Shown: positions 1 through 13,983, numbered from the stretch's first letter. The stretch: 64,000 nt of DNA from Octopus vulgaris (GCA_951406725.2 OX597826.1:41974001-42038000), one strand, 5' to 3'. Notes: generated by a model not told the origin, from the sequence alone. Translations and numbers: made by a program.

Positions 1-342
1 ACTAACTTAGCTGTTACTAACCTAACATTTTTCTGATTGTTTGAACACTCTCTAATTCACCTTCGGGATATATTTTCATTTATGTATCATATATTTTGAT
101 GCCGATTACATCCGTTTCTATATCTACATTGACGAGTGTGGATTTAGAAATTGTGACAAAAGATATTCTATAAGCTCTCCAGACAATTTACCTCAATTTT
201 AGTTAGGATGGATTGCTTGACACGTGAAAGCACAAGCTGATTGCATCCGCTTACGTTCTGTGTTCAAATTTCGCTAAGGTCAACGTGACGTTTCATTCTT
301 GTCGAATAGCTAAAGTCCCGATCTGTCAGACGGTAGTGGTGT

Positions 343-500
343 CAAATTCCGCCGAGGTCGACTTTGCTTTTCATCCTTTCGGAGTCGATAAATTAAGTAC
401 CAGTCACGCACTGGGGTCGTTATAATCGACTTAATCCGTTTATCTGTCCTTGTTTGTCCTCTCTGTGTTTAGCCCCATGTTGGTAGTAAAGAAATAGGTA
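343..500 (+). mobile_element. SINE family A, 5'-truncated copy
   Basis: Body 'caaattccgccgaggtcgactttg...aagaaataggta' matches many other copies; flanking direct repeat ggtagtggtg (332-341, 497-506). Confidence 0.85.
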
Positions 501-1109
501 GTGGTGATCGTTGATAGAGGAAGGTGGGAGACGAAACACACAACTGACAGAAAGTATGTACAAGAAAACGGAACTTCCTAGATCTTGCAGGGATGTATAT
601 GGCACGTATTGCTCTCTGCGTGTCATAGATGAACACTCACAAGGATCACGAAAATGTGCTGGAGCGACGCTTTAAGACGGTGGGATGCGTTATTCTTCGT
701 TGGAGAAGGCTTTCGTCTGCAGCAAATATCCATTCTCCAGAAGTCACTTATTTGCCTTCTTGTGATATGTGAAATGAAGCAAAATAAGGTGACCCATGTA
801 TTACACCTTTATCTGCCTTCTTAAAGCAATATTAAAGGATGCTATCCACCCCATAAGAGATAACTTGACAAGATTAAATTTGAAGTCTCCATCCAATAGT
901 CAACAGGTGAATGCTCAGCTTATCATTCATCTAGTATGAATGCAAGTGTTAAAAGTTATTTACTTAAACACTTTATAGATATAACAATTTCTAAAAACAA
1001 ATTTTTTTCCTCACCATGCTGTAGGTTAAGCTAGCCAAAGCCTGCCTTGTTAAAGTCAACTCCGGAGCTAAACACCACCACTACCACCTCTACCAGAAAT
1101 AGCAAGAAT

Positions 1110-2049
1110 GGATCTTTGTGGTTTTCGTCACTGTTACAATTATCTTTAAAAAATTCTTTTAATGTATCATATAGATGTAATTTCTGACGCTGAATCTGAA
1201 TTCATTTATTCTAGAAAAAAATTGCAAAAAATGTTACACGACTTCAAAGTTTGATAATTTTCAGAATTTTCAGCCTCTTCGATCAGCAGGGTGGGGGTGG
1301 GGGCATCGACATACCAAAACATTAAACTAGCTACGCGAGCAAATTAAATATTTAAAAGATACGAACAAACAAACCAACAGGAGTTGCTAGAAATAACTGT
1401 CAAAACATTAAAATATACACGAGTAAAGTTAATATTAAAACATTTGCGAGCAAATTAAATATTTAAAAGCTACGAACAAGCCAATAGGAGTTGCTAGAAA
1501 TAACAGTCAAAATATTGTTTAAAAGACACATTTATTAGTTTTAAAAAAATTCAAGAACGAAAGTTTGCAATACACTCTAGGATTTTATAAAATAAACCAT
1601 CTTTCTCGTATCTCCTTCTCTACATAAATTCACAAAGATAAGAGTCAACCATGCCCAAGTACTTTCAATTTGTTAAATGTGAGTCCCATCTGTTATGAAA
1701 ACAAACAATTGTACAACAAGTGGTGGTTATACTCCTTGTGCGCATGCGCAGCATCTTTGGTTACTATGCAAACAAAGTTCTTTGGGATCAGCTGTGGAAC
1801 ACGTGGTCTTTCTTTGTTTTGGTTACTATAGAAATAGATTTCTTCGCCACGATGAAGTCTAAAATACTCGCTTCTGATTGGCTAAAATACTTAATTTTTG
1901 CAAATTTTAATGGCTAATAACTTTTTTTAATTATGGATTTATAAGAAAAATGAGTTTCATTTTCATAATTAGTATACAAAACTTAATCCATATACCAAAT
2001 TTGAAAACGGTATAAAATTGTAAACAGTGACGAAAACCACAAAGATTCC
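1110..2049. mobile_element. Non-autonomous DNA transposon (MITE-like), termini GGATCTTT
   Basis: ~32-bp TIRs ggatctttgtggttttcgtcactgttacaatt / aattgtaaacagtgacgaaaaccacaaagattcc; internal ~80-bp direct repeat (about 1336-1410 vs 1447-1517); imperfect TSD caagaa. Confidence 0.7.
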
Positions 2050-2125
2050 CAAGAAGAGCAACAAAAATATTGACAACACCGCCGACAACGAGAGTGATAT
2101 TCTTTCATTCTTTTACATATTTCAG

Positions 2126-2231
2126 TCACAGCACTGCAATCATGTTGATGCACCACTTTCAGCCTTTTATTTAATAAATCATGTCGACCCTAGGATCTGT
2201 TTGCTATATCTTGTTTCATCGATCTTGCAAG
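2126..2231 (+). other. Candidate isolated exon
   Basis: Pyrimidine tract plus ttcag acceptor, AAG|gtacga donor, open frame ending in hydrophobic ICLLYLVSSILQG; no homology recognised. Confidence 0.3.
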
Positions 2232-2722
2232 GTACGAAATGCAAACTGGATATCGGTAGGTGCAATGGAAAGTATCTTGATCAGATCGTACGCATTGGTT
2301 TTTATTCACACCATGCTGAGATAAAGTAAATCAGTAAATGTGAGGAAACTATGGAGGTTCTACTTAGGCAAAAAATGTAGTGGAAATAATCGAAACAGTG
2401 GGATATATTTGATATAGTCAAGAAAGAAAACCTGACGTTTCAGACATTTGTTCTTCTGCAGACAGACACACGAATCCATCCGTCTTTATAGTCCACTATT
2501 CCTGTGATTGTCGTGGAAATAGACACCACTGATGCCTTTCAGTGGATTCTATCAGAAACAAACGCCAACAGATCTCCCGGCTAGAGTCCTGTGTAATTCA
2601 AACCGATATATAAATAAATGCTTTTAACACTGTGGTACCAAAATACCACAGTGTCAGAATGAAGAACTGATGCAGAGAAATGATGTTGAGGGGTAGATGT
2701 GAAGGGAAAGAGTATGGAAAGC

Positions 2723-2776
<54 letters not shown>

Positions 2777-3360
2777 GCGATGGTGTAAGTTGTGTGGGAG
2801 TAAGGCAATTAGGGAGGGAGGAAGTAAAATGTGGTTGTCGGGTGATCGAACTAGTGGGTGGGATTGTGGAGGAGAGGTAAATTGGGTGATGAGACGATGA
2901 GTTTAAGGACAATAAGATATAAAAGCGAGAACAAGGCTAACTGCAGCGGAGAGGGAGAGAATGTAGTTGAAGGAGTGGTCAGAGGAGTGGAAGGAGGCTC
3001 GTAGGAGAAAATTATAAACAAAGTCAGTTCGCGGCAGGGGACTGGAATGTTAGGAGTGGTGGAGAGAATCGAGACCGAAAGTGTGAGGACAAGAAGGAAG
3101 AGGTGGGGGAGGAGTGGTGAGGTGGAGAAGAAGGTTTAATGATAAAAATAGAACACCAACAGGTGCTATATTTGCAAGAACTTAAAGTGACTCCATTATA
3201 TGCATTAGCATAACATACCCCCCTCAACACTCACAATACACGCACTCATATACACGAAAACAGACACGCAAATACATACCTATGTACTTGCACACATGCA
3301 GATAGATACATTTATACAAACATCTACATCCATACAGTACACACACTCACACACACACAG

Positions 3361-3394
<34 letters not shown>

Positions 3395-3476
3395 GCAAAC
3401 ACAGGCACATACATACAATACATATATATATTTCTATGTATGTATGTATGTGTGTGTGTGTGAATATATATATATA

Positions 3477-3838
3477 GGCGCAGGAGTGGCTGTGTGGTAA
3501 GTAGCTTGCTTACCAACCACATGGTTCCGGGTTCAGTCCCACTGCATGGTACCTTGGACAAGTGTCCTCTTCTATAGCCGACCAAAGCTTGTGAGTGGAT
3601 TTGGTAGACGGAAACTCAAAGAAGCCCGTCGTATATATGTATATATATGCGTGTATCTGTTTGAGTGTCTGTGTTTGTCCTCCTAGCATTGCTTGACAAC
3701 TGATGCTGGTGTGTTTATGTCCTCGTAACTTAGCGGTTCGGCAAAAGAGACCGATAGAATAAGTACTGGACTTACAAAGAATAAGTCCCGGGGTCGATTT
3801 GCTCGACTAAAGGCGGTGCTCTAGCATGGCCGCAGTCT
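3477..3838 (+). mobile_element. SINE family B (tRNA-derived, CORE-like), near full length
   Basis: Head ggcgcaggagtggctgtgtggtaag..., B-box-like gggttcagtccc, ccttgg(g/a)caagt core, internal TA/TG tract, 3' module ...gcatggccgcagtc. Confidence 0.85.
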
Positions 3839-6020
3839 TGACACTCTAACAAGAGGAGTGGCAAAATATTACCTGCGAATATTTGCTTTCATTGGTCGAA
3901 AGAATGTCCAGAGTATGTTCTGCGGTGATCAAGAGCAAAGATAGATATTTCGATGAGTCTAAGATTTAGAGTTTTTCTCTGATATTTTTTTTTCACGGTT
4001 TTGTTTAGTTGCTGAGTTATGTCATCCAATGAATGTAACTATACATTAATAAGATATTTCACCAGAATCACTCAGTTATTTCCATTTTGTAGATATTTTT
4101 TCAAAACGGTTTTTCTTACAAAGTCGATAAGGCGAGTTGGGCTTAACCCTTGGCACAGAAAGACCCACTGACGAGAATTGAGATGCTGTACATCAGAATT
4201 CGAAATCACGTGATATGGATATATCTGCTACTTCAGATATATGACTAAAGAAGCTTTCTCTGAGTCGTGACACTTTCAGAGATTTGTGAATACGTAACAA
4301 GAGTGTGCACATACATGTATGTGTGTGTGTGTCGATTTACTTACACTTGTGAAATGGGAGCAGATATTTATTTTGTACATGTGCTTATATGTGTTTCCTC
4401 TCTCAATGTGTGCATGCATGCTGTATACACACACATGAAAGCGTGGATATATTCATTCCAGGAAACTAGAATGGAGAATATTTGGAATGTTTTACAAGTT
4501 GTTAAGTACCATGTCTGGAATTAAAGGATGTGAGTCAGTTTATTTTCTGGCTATTATGCAAATCTATTGTTGTACAATGTAGTACATCTATGATAATAGA
4601 TGGCAATGAGAATTTATATCGTGGTTAAACTGCAAGTTCTGCATTAGTTTACAATGTTCTTTCTTCCCCCGCGTTAGAGGTCTTTCCCCGCGTTAGAAGT
4701 CTTCCCCCGCATTAGATGAGACATTGACATCTTATGACCAGCTAAACTCTAAGAGTGTATGTTAAGAACCATATAGTTCTGGGTTCAGTCCTACTGCGTG
4801 GCACCTTACACGACTTTTTATTCCTTGTCCACATAATGCAATAATGCGTCTATAGTGTTTCACAGGGTTGCTTGTTTTTATTGGATTGCTCCAGCAGTGC
4901 TCCTTATTTTCAAAAATGTGCATAAATTCTTGTCTTCCCGTACCCTTCGTACGGCCGACAGGACAATCCTTCCTGTAAATAAAACTGCAAATATTTTGCG
5001 TAGTAAAGTCATGTCTCCTGGGATGGTAGTATTTTGGAGACATAGTTTATTTGGTATATTTGATGTAGAGATGTGAATTCATCATTGTCTCTCAGATATT
5101 TAGTAGCTATTACGTGTTCATAAACATCAGAGACAAATCCTTCTAGGTGAAATGCGATATATCTAATACGGATCTAGGAATGGCTATTCTTACTGCTAAT
5201 GTTGTTTGTGTTCCCTAACATCCACACATAACTTTCTACTGATGAGTGTTTCTCCTCAAAGTTTTTTTTAACGGTTGCTCAGTCCAACTACTGTTGAATT
5301 ATGTTGAAATGCTGCATACACTTATTCAGGAATTATACGTCTACATTACGATGTTATTATTTCTCGTTGAATAAATATGGGTTGTACATATTTCTTTTTT
5401 TTACTGTTCAGTGGATGTTCCTGTGATAAGATGCAGAACCCAGAGTCTGTTTAAACCGATTTCATGCCTCCATTTATCTTTTACCGTAAATCTTCTCAGA
5501 TTCCTGTAGAAGTTACAATATCGTTCTAGGTTTGATACCCAGCACTGGCAAAGGCATTGTGGATTGAGATATGCTCGTATTCAATGCAGACAGTTTTGAT
5601 TTCTATATTTCCGAAATCTGCTTATGAACTTTTTTGACCCACCTCCATCTTTAATCACAGTACAAATATTTCCAATGTTTTTACCAATTCTGAGATAACT
5701 GTAGTATTCATAATCGGTACGATGAATATACCTGTTCCTTGTTTAGACAACAATCTTTCCTCCACTGAGTATCAAGCATAACCACTTATCCTGCCTAAAC
5801 TATATGCTATAGTGTCGCATAAGAGGGTTGTAATCAGCTCTGGTTGTTTCTTGAAATCATAAAATTTACTTAAAAACAGCTAAAGATTGTTAACAAAATC
5901 TGGTTTTCCACTTTTCTGCAGATCCTAAGGTAGTTTTCGTAAATCCTCGAAAGGGCTGACTAGGACGGACAGAGTTTCAGACAAGCAGTTACCTTGGAAT
6001 ATTCCCGTAAATAATCTAAT

Positions 6021-6190
6021 TGTATATGTATGCATGTATGTATGTATGCATGTATGCATGTATGTATGTATGTATGTATGTATGTATGTATGTATGTATG
6101 TATGTATGTATGTATGTATGTATGTATGTATGTATGTATGTATGTATGTATGTATGTATGTATGTGTGTGTGTTCGTGTGTGTGTATGTG

Positions 6191-6224
<34 letters not shown>

Positions 6225-6598
6225 TGTATGTATGTGTGTGTGTGTTCGTGTGTGTGTATGTGTATATATGTATATATGTATGAATGTATGTATGTATGTA
6301 TGTATGTATGTATGTATGTATGTTTGTATGTATGTATGTATGTATGTATGTATGTATGTGTGTGTGTGTGTATGTGTATATATGTATGTATGTATGAATG
6401 TATGTATGTATGTATGTATGTATGTATGTTTGTATGTATGTATGTATGTGTTCGTGTGTGTGTGTATGTGTATATATGTATGTATGTATGAATGTATGTA
6501 TGTATGTATGTATGTATGTATGTATGTATGCATGCATGTAAGTATGTATGTATGTATATATGCATGTATGTGTGTATATATGTACGTATGCATATATA
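6021..6598. repeat. (TATG)n/(TG)n compound microsatellite
   Basis: Read directly; source of the spurious MYVC/HTYI ORFs. Confidence 0.97.
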
Positions 6599-6599
6599 T

Positions 6600-6925
6600 T
6601 TGTACAAGAGTCATCTTCGTAGTCACAAAGCGAGACAGATGAGTGACAGCCTGGCCACTGGTGGTGGTGTAACACACCATACTAATCATATCTGTCGGGC
6701 ATATGGAAGAGAGTGTAATTCGGCAGGAGGACTTAAACGACATGCAAAGGTACATGAAGCCCAGTTACAACTACAGCCGGCTATTACCGGTAAAGGTTTT
6801 ATTTGCCAATTTTGTACAAGATATTGAAGATCTTTAGCTGGGCTAAAAAGTCACATTCGATCACAGCACCAGTAACAGTTAAGCTTCGTGCAATGGCTAT
6901 ACTCGATAACGAGGGGGCAGCCATA
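6600..6925 (+). mobile_element. 3' fragment of RTE-like LINE with two C2H2 zinc-finger remnants
   Basis: HICRAYGRECNSAGGLKRHAKVH and FICQFCTRY*RSLAGLKSHIRSQH (internal stop), then short tail ctcgataacgagggggcagccat-aataat. Confidence 0.6.
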
Positions 6926-6938
6926 ATAATATTTGTAC

Positions 6939-6989
<51 letters not shown>

Positions 6990-8017
6990 GCACGCATTTG
7001 TATATTATGTGTATGAAAGTGTGTATACACATCCATTTATGTTATGTATGTATGTTCGTAAATGTGTATGAAATATGTATGTGTATGCATGCATTTATAT
7101 ATTAGGTACGTATGTGTTATGCACGCGTTTCTTCGAGCGTATGAATCGAATTATTCATTTCTCGGAATTTTATTTCTCTTAAAGTTCTATTAAATGCTAA
7201 CTTATACAATTCACTTTCAGCTAAATGACAAATGTTTTGCAAGTCATCCTGCAATATAATAGTAAAGAAAAAATAAAATAGGATAATCACACTATGAACG
7301 AGTTAAGAAAACAATATTTCATTCTGGTCCAGTGCATAATAGAAGGACTATAAACGATAAACGAATAAAACGCTTCAATAATTGTAAATATAAATTTATT
7401 TAAGTGTTTAACATTTATACTCTATCGGTGTGTTTAAGTAAAAGTTACCCTTTAAATGAGTTTCCCAAAAGATTGAAAGATTTATAGCTTTTTTTTGACA
7501 CAGATCGGGGTGAAATATCTATTCGTGCATGACAGCGTCTACTGAGTACGTCAAATCTTGTCTTCTGGATTTGGGTTTCGATTAGCTAAATAGTAGCAGT
7601 GTACACCAGTCAGCAAAACTTCTGTAAAGGTAGCCTACAAAACCTTGACATTGCACTGAGTTAAGAGAGAAAAAAAACATTAATAAAAAATCAGAGATAA
7701 AAATTTTTAAATTGTGGTTCTTATAATTGGTGTTTGCTCCAAAATAAGCCCTGATAGAGGAGATTAAATGTTCAAACGACATTCCAGGTGTGATCGGCCA
7801 ATCTTTTTCTTTTCCAAATATAATCAAAAACACGGATTGTATCATTTAATTACGCAATTTTTTTTCACCAATGGAAAGGGGGTAACTTGAGGGACAATTT
7901 GGCCACTATTTCTAACAGGTCAAACGTCCACATTGATATTTTTTTCGTTGAATGATGAGCTGGTAGGAAGAAGGCAAAATGCAAATTTTTGGTATAGTTC
8001 GTTCAATAACCTTCTGT

Positions 8018-8375
8018 TGTGTGGTAAGAATCTAGTTTTTCAACCACATGGTTCCGAGATCAGTCCCACTGCGTGGCATCTTGGGAAAGTGTCTTCTAGC
8101 ATAGACCTAGGCCGATCAAAGCCTTATGACTAGATTTGATTGACGGAAACTGAAAGAAGCCCGTCGCAGATATATACATGTATACATGTATGTACGCACA
8201 TAAACACATATATATGACGGGCTTCTTCATGTTTCCGTCTACCAAATACACTTACAAGGCTTTGGGTGGGCAGAGACTATAGTTGAAGACACTTGCTCAA
8301 GGTGTCACGCAGTGAGATTGAACTCGGAACCATGTGATTGGGAAGCACGCCTCTTATCATAGACACGCCTGCGCC
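8018..8375. mobile_element. Two SINE B 5' halves in inverted orientation
   Basis: 8018-8166 on + and 8216-8375 on -, separated by a short TA/CA tract. Confidence 0.75.
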
Positions 8376-8789
8376 TTTACTTTCAATTCTCAAGTGTGAA
8401 AACTCTCTGGGGAATATTTCTGCAAAAAGAACCTTTGCGTTTGCGTCCTACATTGCATTCGATTCCAAACAATCCTCGTTGTAGTGGCGATAGAACTCCG
8501 TCGTTCGGCGATGAGGATTCAGATGTACGATCAACTGAATTGTCCTATAAGTGAATTAATATCTAAGTGGCTGAGTATTCCCCAGACACGTGTAGCCTTA
8601 ACGTAATTCTAAGGCAGAATCAGTGAGACACAGTGTGTGACAAGGCTATACAGTTTGATTTACGGACACAATCAAACCGTTGGACTTCTACATAGTTTTC
8701 TAAGATGCCACCCAATGGGATCGAACCTGGCACTTGTTGATTCGAAGTAAGTTTCTTACTGTTCACTCATAACGTACTGTTGTTTGTTT

Positions 8790-9090
8790 GTTCGTTCTCG
8801 AGTCATGCCTGGCTCATAAGAGCCGGTTTTCCCGGTTTCCATGGCGTATAGGTTCCCCACCTGGACAGGACGTCGGTCCGTCGCAGGCGAGCTGCAAGAT
8901 GCAGGAGGAAAGGGTGAGAGAAAGTTGTGGCGAAAGAGTCAGCGCAGAAGTTCACCATTACCTTCTGCCGGAGCCGCGTGGAGCTTAGGTGTTTCGCTCA
9001 TAAACACACACATCGCCCGGTCTGAGATTCGAACCCGCGATCCCTCGACAGCGAGTCCGTTGCTCTAACCACTTGGTCATATGACTCCAC
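8790..9090 (-). mobile_element. SINE family C copy
   Basis: Minus-strand tRNA-like head (B-box ggttcgaatct); body shared with 11290-11456 and 46501-46782. Confidence 0.75.
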
Positions 9091-9625
9091 TATAATGTAC
9101 TGTAGATTGTACACAATCGATAGATCGCCCGCATCCACAAATTATCCTTTCCAACTCACCCAGGCCTGCTAGCAATGCGCATAGACCTCAGGTGCAATAA
9201 TACCTCTTGGGACCTCACATCAAGAAGGTCAATGGCTCTTGCAAATCCCCACCCTCATAACCCCTCACAGTGTACCTTCACAGTTAACTTTTATACTTAA
9301 CAAACTCGGCCAACCGCAATATAAAAATATTGTTTCATCTATTGAGTAGTATTTCTTCTGTTTCTGACATCAAACTTTATACACACACGCAAGCATGCAC
9401 GCACGCTGGCACGTACGAACGCACATTCACACGCAAGCGTAGGCACATATTATACATACATACATACATACATACATACATACATACATACATGCATACA
9501 TATATATATATATATATATTTATATACACACACACGCACACTAAACGTACAGTCGTGCACACACTTATATGTATGAATGTGTGTATTTGTGTATGTGTGT
9601 GTGTGTGTGCGTGTGTGAGTGTGTG

Positions 9626-9684
<59 letters not shown>

Positions 9685-9844
9685 AACCAGTATGTTGCCA
9701 TTTCTTTAGCCTAATTATCAGTTTTAATAAGTTGCTGATCTAAACCACCATGTGTCCACAGGCAGCCAAAACTGCGTGAATTTAGTCTAAACATATAACA
9801 ACTGTTGATGATAATGTTTGACTAGAATGCATTAGGGAATTCTG

Positions 9845-9920
<76 letters not shown>

Positions 9921-10162
9921 TTATGTGTGTGTTTGTGGGTATTCTAACCATACTTTCTTCTGTGGCCGATAGATAGATAGACAGATAGATAGTAGGGGAA
10001 TTCTAGCGTATGCATCTAATTGCGTGTTTTGTGTGGACGTGTGAGCATGTGTATAAGTTTTGTTATGACGCACATACGGACATACACACACGCACACACA
10101 CACACACACAATCACACAATCACACAATCACACAATCACGCACATATACACACATGCGCATG

Positions 10163-10213
<51 letters not shown>

Positions 10214-10344
10214 TATATATATGTATCTATCTATGGAGGCAGATACTTAGAGAGGAGAGAAATAAAAAGAGGGTGTTATTAAGAGGGTTTGGGATATAGA
10301 GAGAAAGAGGGAGTGAGAGAGAGTGAGTGAGTGAGTGAGTGAGT

Positions 10345-10397
<53 letters not shown>

Positions 10398-11139
10398 GAG
10401 ATGGCTCTTGCAGCGGAAATGACAAGGAAGAAACTATGAAAACATGGCGATATATAAGCAGTCACATATGTCATAGCATTAAGGAATGTTTAACAGTTGA
10501 CGTCAGCAACGACAATAATATACACACACAAGCATGTATGCGCGTACATAAGCACACACATACACACACACACATACAGACTACATGTGTAACTATATAC
10601 ACTCAAGACTAATTACATAGACATACATTGTGTGCATTTAAGAGAAAATCTCTCTTTACGTTTTTTTTCTCACGTCCAACTTTAAATATGATGAATAAAT
10701 AAATAAATAAATAAGGAAATGCAGACTACACAATTAAATGAAGGGCAATCCCAAAAGACCCGGTCCGAATAAGAGAATCTATTTGAAGAGACGAAAGGAA
10801 TTTCTAGGAGGGAAATCCTTAAATAAATGTTGGTTGTTAAAATACATAAATAGCTTGTTTTTTAAGTGGTGTCATTAACATATGTTGTTTATACGGCTTT
10901 TTTTCTTTTTGCCGACATATTTATACAATGACAGTGGTGTCATTTAATTAGTGTCATGGCCATTTAATATGTATTAATTAAAAAAAAAAAAGCGGTTTCA
11001 TTAAATTGCTGTACTGAGTTCGAATTCTGCTCAGAACATGGGAGAATTTTAACATGGGTGATTTGATCATTTACACAAGAACGCAGTTTCAGATATTCTT
11101 CGTATGGGCAAAGCTGTGTGTTGAACAGTATCATATAGC

Positions 11140-11456
11140 AATTAATGTGTAAGTGGCTGAGCACTCCACAGACACGTGTACCCTTAACGTAGTTCTCGGG
11201 GAGATTCAGTGCGACACAGTGTGTGACAAGGCTGCCCCTTCGAAATACAGGTACAACAGGTGCAACAGAAAGAGGAAGAAAGAGTGAGAGAAAGTTGTGG
11301 TGAAAGAGTACAGCAGAATTCACCACTACACCCTGCCGGAGCCTCGTGGAACTTTGGATGTGTTTGCTCAATAAACACTCACAACGCCCTGTCTGGGAAT
11401 CGAAACCACGATCCCACAACCTCAAGTCCGCTGCCCTAACCACTGGGCCATTGTGC
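11140..11456 (-). mobile_element. Chimeric SINE (family C head plus family D 3' module)
   Basis: Head and body match 46501-46660; the 11140-11256 part matches 27300-27415 and 8555-8650. Confidence 0.7.
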
Positions 11457-11474
11457 TTACACACACACACACAC

Positions 11475-11518
<44 letters not shown>

Positions 11519-11954
11519 GTAAACGTATGTACACCATAACGTATATACACACATGAGTATTTTTAAAACCATGTCTGGTATATTGAATATTAAAATAGAG
11601 GAACTTCAAATTATGGATTGAAAAAAAAATCAATAATATAATTAAAATGATATTGTAATAATATAATATAATATAAAATTTGGCCTTGGCGAAATTTAAA
11701 TGAGAAAACTTAGTGACTGCCAAATATCGCCAAAGAATTTTTACTGAGCTCATCAAAGCTCTGTCATCACCATCGCATTACAATCAATGACAATAAAAAT
11801 GATAAATAAATTGAATGGAAGTAATTAAGTAAGCAATAAAAATAATAATAAAGAATAAAATAAAATAAAACAAATCCATTCTGGTGTTCGATGTCACTAA
11901 AAGCACATTTCGGTCGACTGTAAATACGCGGTATTATTATTGATTATTATTGAC

Positions 11955-12356
11955 GGCGAGCTGGCAGAAACGTTAGCACGCCGGGCAAAATGCTTAGCGG
12001 TATTTCGTCTGCCGTTACGTTCTGAGTTCAAATTCCGCCGAGGTCGACTTTGCCTTTCATCCTTTCGGGGTCGATAAATTAAGTACCAGTTACGCACTGG
12101 GGTCGATGTAATCGACTTAATACCTATGTCTGTCCTTGTTTGTCCCCTCTGTGTTTAGCCCCTTGTGGGTAATAAAGAAATAGGTATTTCGTCTGCTGTT
12201 ACGTTCTGAGTTCAAATTCCGCCGAGGTCGACTTTGCCTTTCATCCTTTCGGGGTCGATTAGATAAGTACCAGTTACGCACTGGGCTCGATATAATCGCC
12301 TTAATCCGTTTGTCTGTCAGTGTTTAGCCCCTTGTGGGTAGTAAAGAAATTGGTAT
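11955..12356 (+). mobile_element. SINE family A, full head plus 2 tandem body units
   Basis: A-box tggcagaaacgtt, B-box gagttcaaattcc, central gcctttcatcctttcggggtcgataaa..gtaccag (Meta-domain-like, from memory); body repeated from 12184. Confidence 0.9.
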
Positions 12357-12924
12357 TATTGTTGATTGTAATGCGATGGTGATGACAGAGCTTTAAACTG
12401 TGCCTTTGGATTCGTTTCTGCCAAAATTCTTGATTAATAACGTAAATTTTTTTCCCCATAGCGTTGATTGGAATCGTTTCCTGAAATACTACAGATTATA
12501 TACCAGAACCATGTGGTTGGTAATAAGAAAAAAAGGATCTCAATATGTTATGTTTACTTTTTCGTGGCTTTCCCTTTAATGCCGAATGGTTGACTGCAAA
12601 ATCTTTCCGATTTCTCTACACCTTAACAACAGCAAGATTTGCTATTTCACCTATAGCACTATCATCCCGGGCCACAGAAAGCGGCCCGACTTCTTCAGGT
12701 TTCTGGAATGCCGAATGGAGGGATCTCACCGTTTGAGATTGAGGAAGGGATTAAGGAAGGTGTCAGCATCCAGTTAGGGACCTGCGGATCTTGAAGTATC
12801 ACGGAACCGAATCAAACTGTTCTAAATAAAACATGTAACTCCCACTAAATGTGATGGGAGCCCTTTTATTACGTTTGTCCACCCACGCGCCTCTCTCTCT
12901 TTCTCTTTCTCTCTCTCTCTCTCC

Positions 12925-12975
<51 letters not shown>

Positions 12976-13028
12976 TATATATGGTATATATACAAACATA
13001 CATATATATATATGTGTATATATGTGTA

Positions 13029-13109
<81 letters not shown>

Positions 13110-13160
13110 AAAAAATAGTCAAGATAGAAAATGCTAAAATAATTTTATAAAAAATCATTT

Positions 13161-13196
13161 CAGTACCGGTTTCAGTCATTGAGACTTTTTCAACTG
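13161..13196 (-). ncRNA. Minimal type I hammerhead ribozyme motif (U3-A8 variant)
   Basis: Minus strand CAG-UUGAAAA-AGUC-ucaau-GACU-GAAA-CCGG-UA-CUG; palindromic helix III ACCGGU; lies in a ~230-bp island between (TA)n tracts. Confidence 0.7.
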
Positions 13197-13351
13197 TAAC
13201 AATTAAACTATTAAATTTGGAAAAATTAAGAGAAAAGTTTTTTAAAAAGAATATTTGTGTAGTGTTCAAATACAAGTGGCATTTTCCTTGTTTCTGCCTG
13301 TCCCTGTCTCTCTTGTTTAGTCTTAAATATATATTTGCATATATATATATA

Positions 13352-13759
13352 TATCACAACACACCATCCACACACCCATCCCCACATTTCTCCGCCTACA
13401 CATACATACACGCACACGACCAGACCACCAGCCCTCTTTCACACGCACATACATACTCTCTTATAAACACACGCGCCTTCGTGTTGGGGGTCATCTTTAC
13501 TTTGTTATCTCCATTACTTTCCCCCTCTCGTGTGTAACCCTTCTGTCCGAGTCAGTCGCCATGATAGATCGTTAGCCACTACACACATTTTTTTCTCTCC
13601 TTGTTTCTCTCCTTGTTTTTTTTCTGTGTCCCTTTCCGTAGAAGAGCGTAGGCTCGAAACGTAAAAGACTTTTTCTATTCCTGAGCGTTATACTAATACA
13701 TCTGTTTGTTTTGTACACCACCTGTCTTCGTTTTTTGTTTTTTTCGTAAACTCTCCCTA
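13352..13759 (+). mobile_element. Penelope-like 3' end/pLTR fragment with hammerhead-like motif (13632-13667)
   Basis: Homologous to 63709-64000 (-); cttt-CCGTAGA-A-GAGC-gtag-GCTC-GAAACGTA-aaag; 3' end abuts (TA)n. Confidence 0.6.
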
Positions 13760-13917
13760 TATATATATATATATAATAATATATATATATATATATATAA
13801 TAAAATATTAGGGAATAAATCCAAACTTACAGGGAAAAATCAGATTTAGGATTAAATCCAATTTTATAGTATAAATATATTATATTATATTAAATTAGAG
13901 ATAAAACCACTATTAGG

Positions 13918-13983
<66 letters not shown>

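Noticed and set aside
2431-2465. Minus-strand hammerhead-like remnant (CUGCAGAA...GAAACGUC); similar weak cases near 16160, 20808 and 45840
   Set aside because: Core and helices too degenerate to call.
5925-6755. Long ORFs rich in HTYI/MYVC, and similar ones throughout the window
   Set aside because: Translations of (TATG)n, (TA)n and (TG)n microsatellites, open in several frames on both strands.
6680-6870. Host C2H2 zinc-finger gene
   Set aside because: Internal stop, no TGEKP linkers, followed directly by a LINE-like 3' tail.
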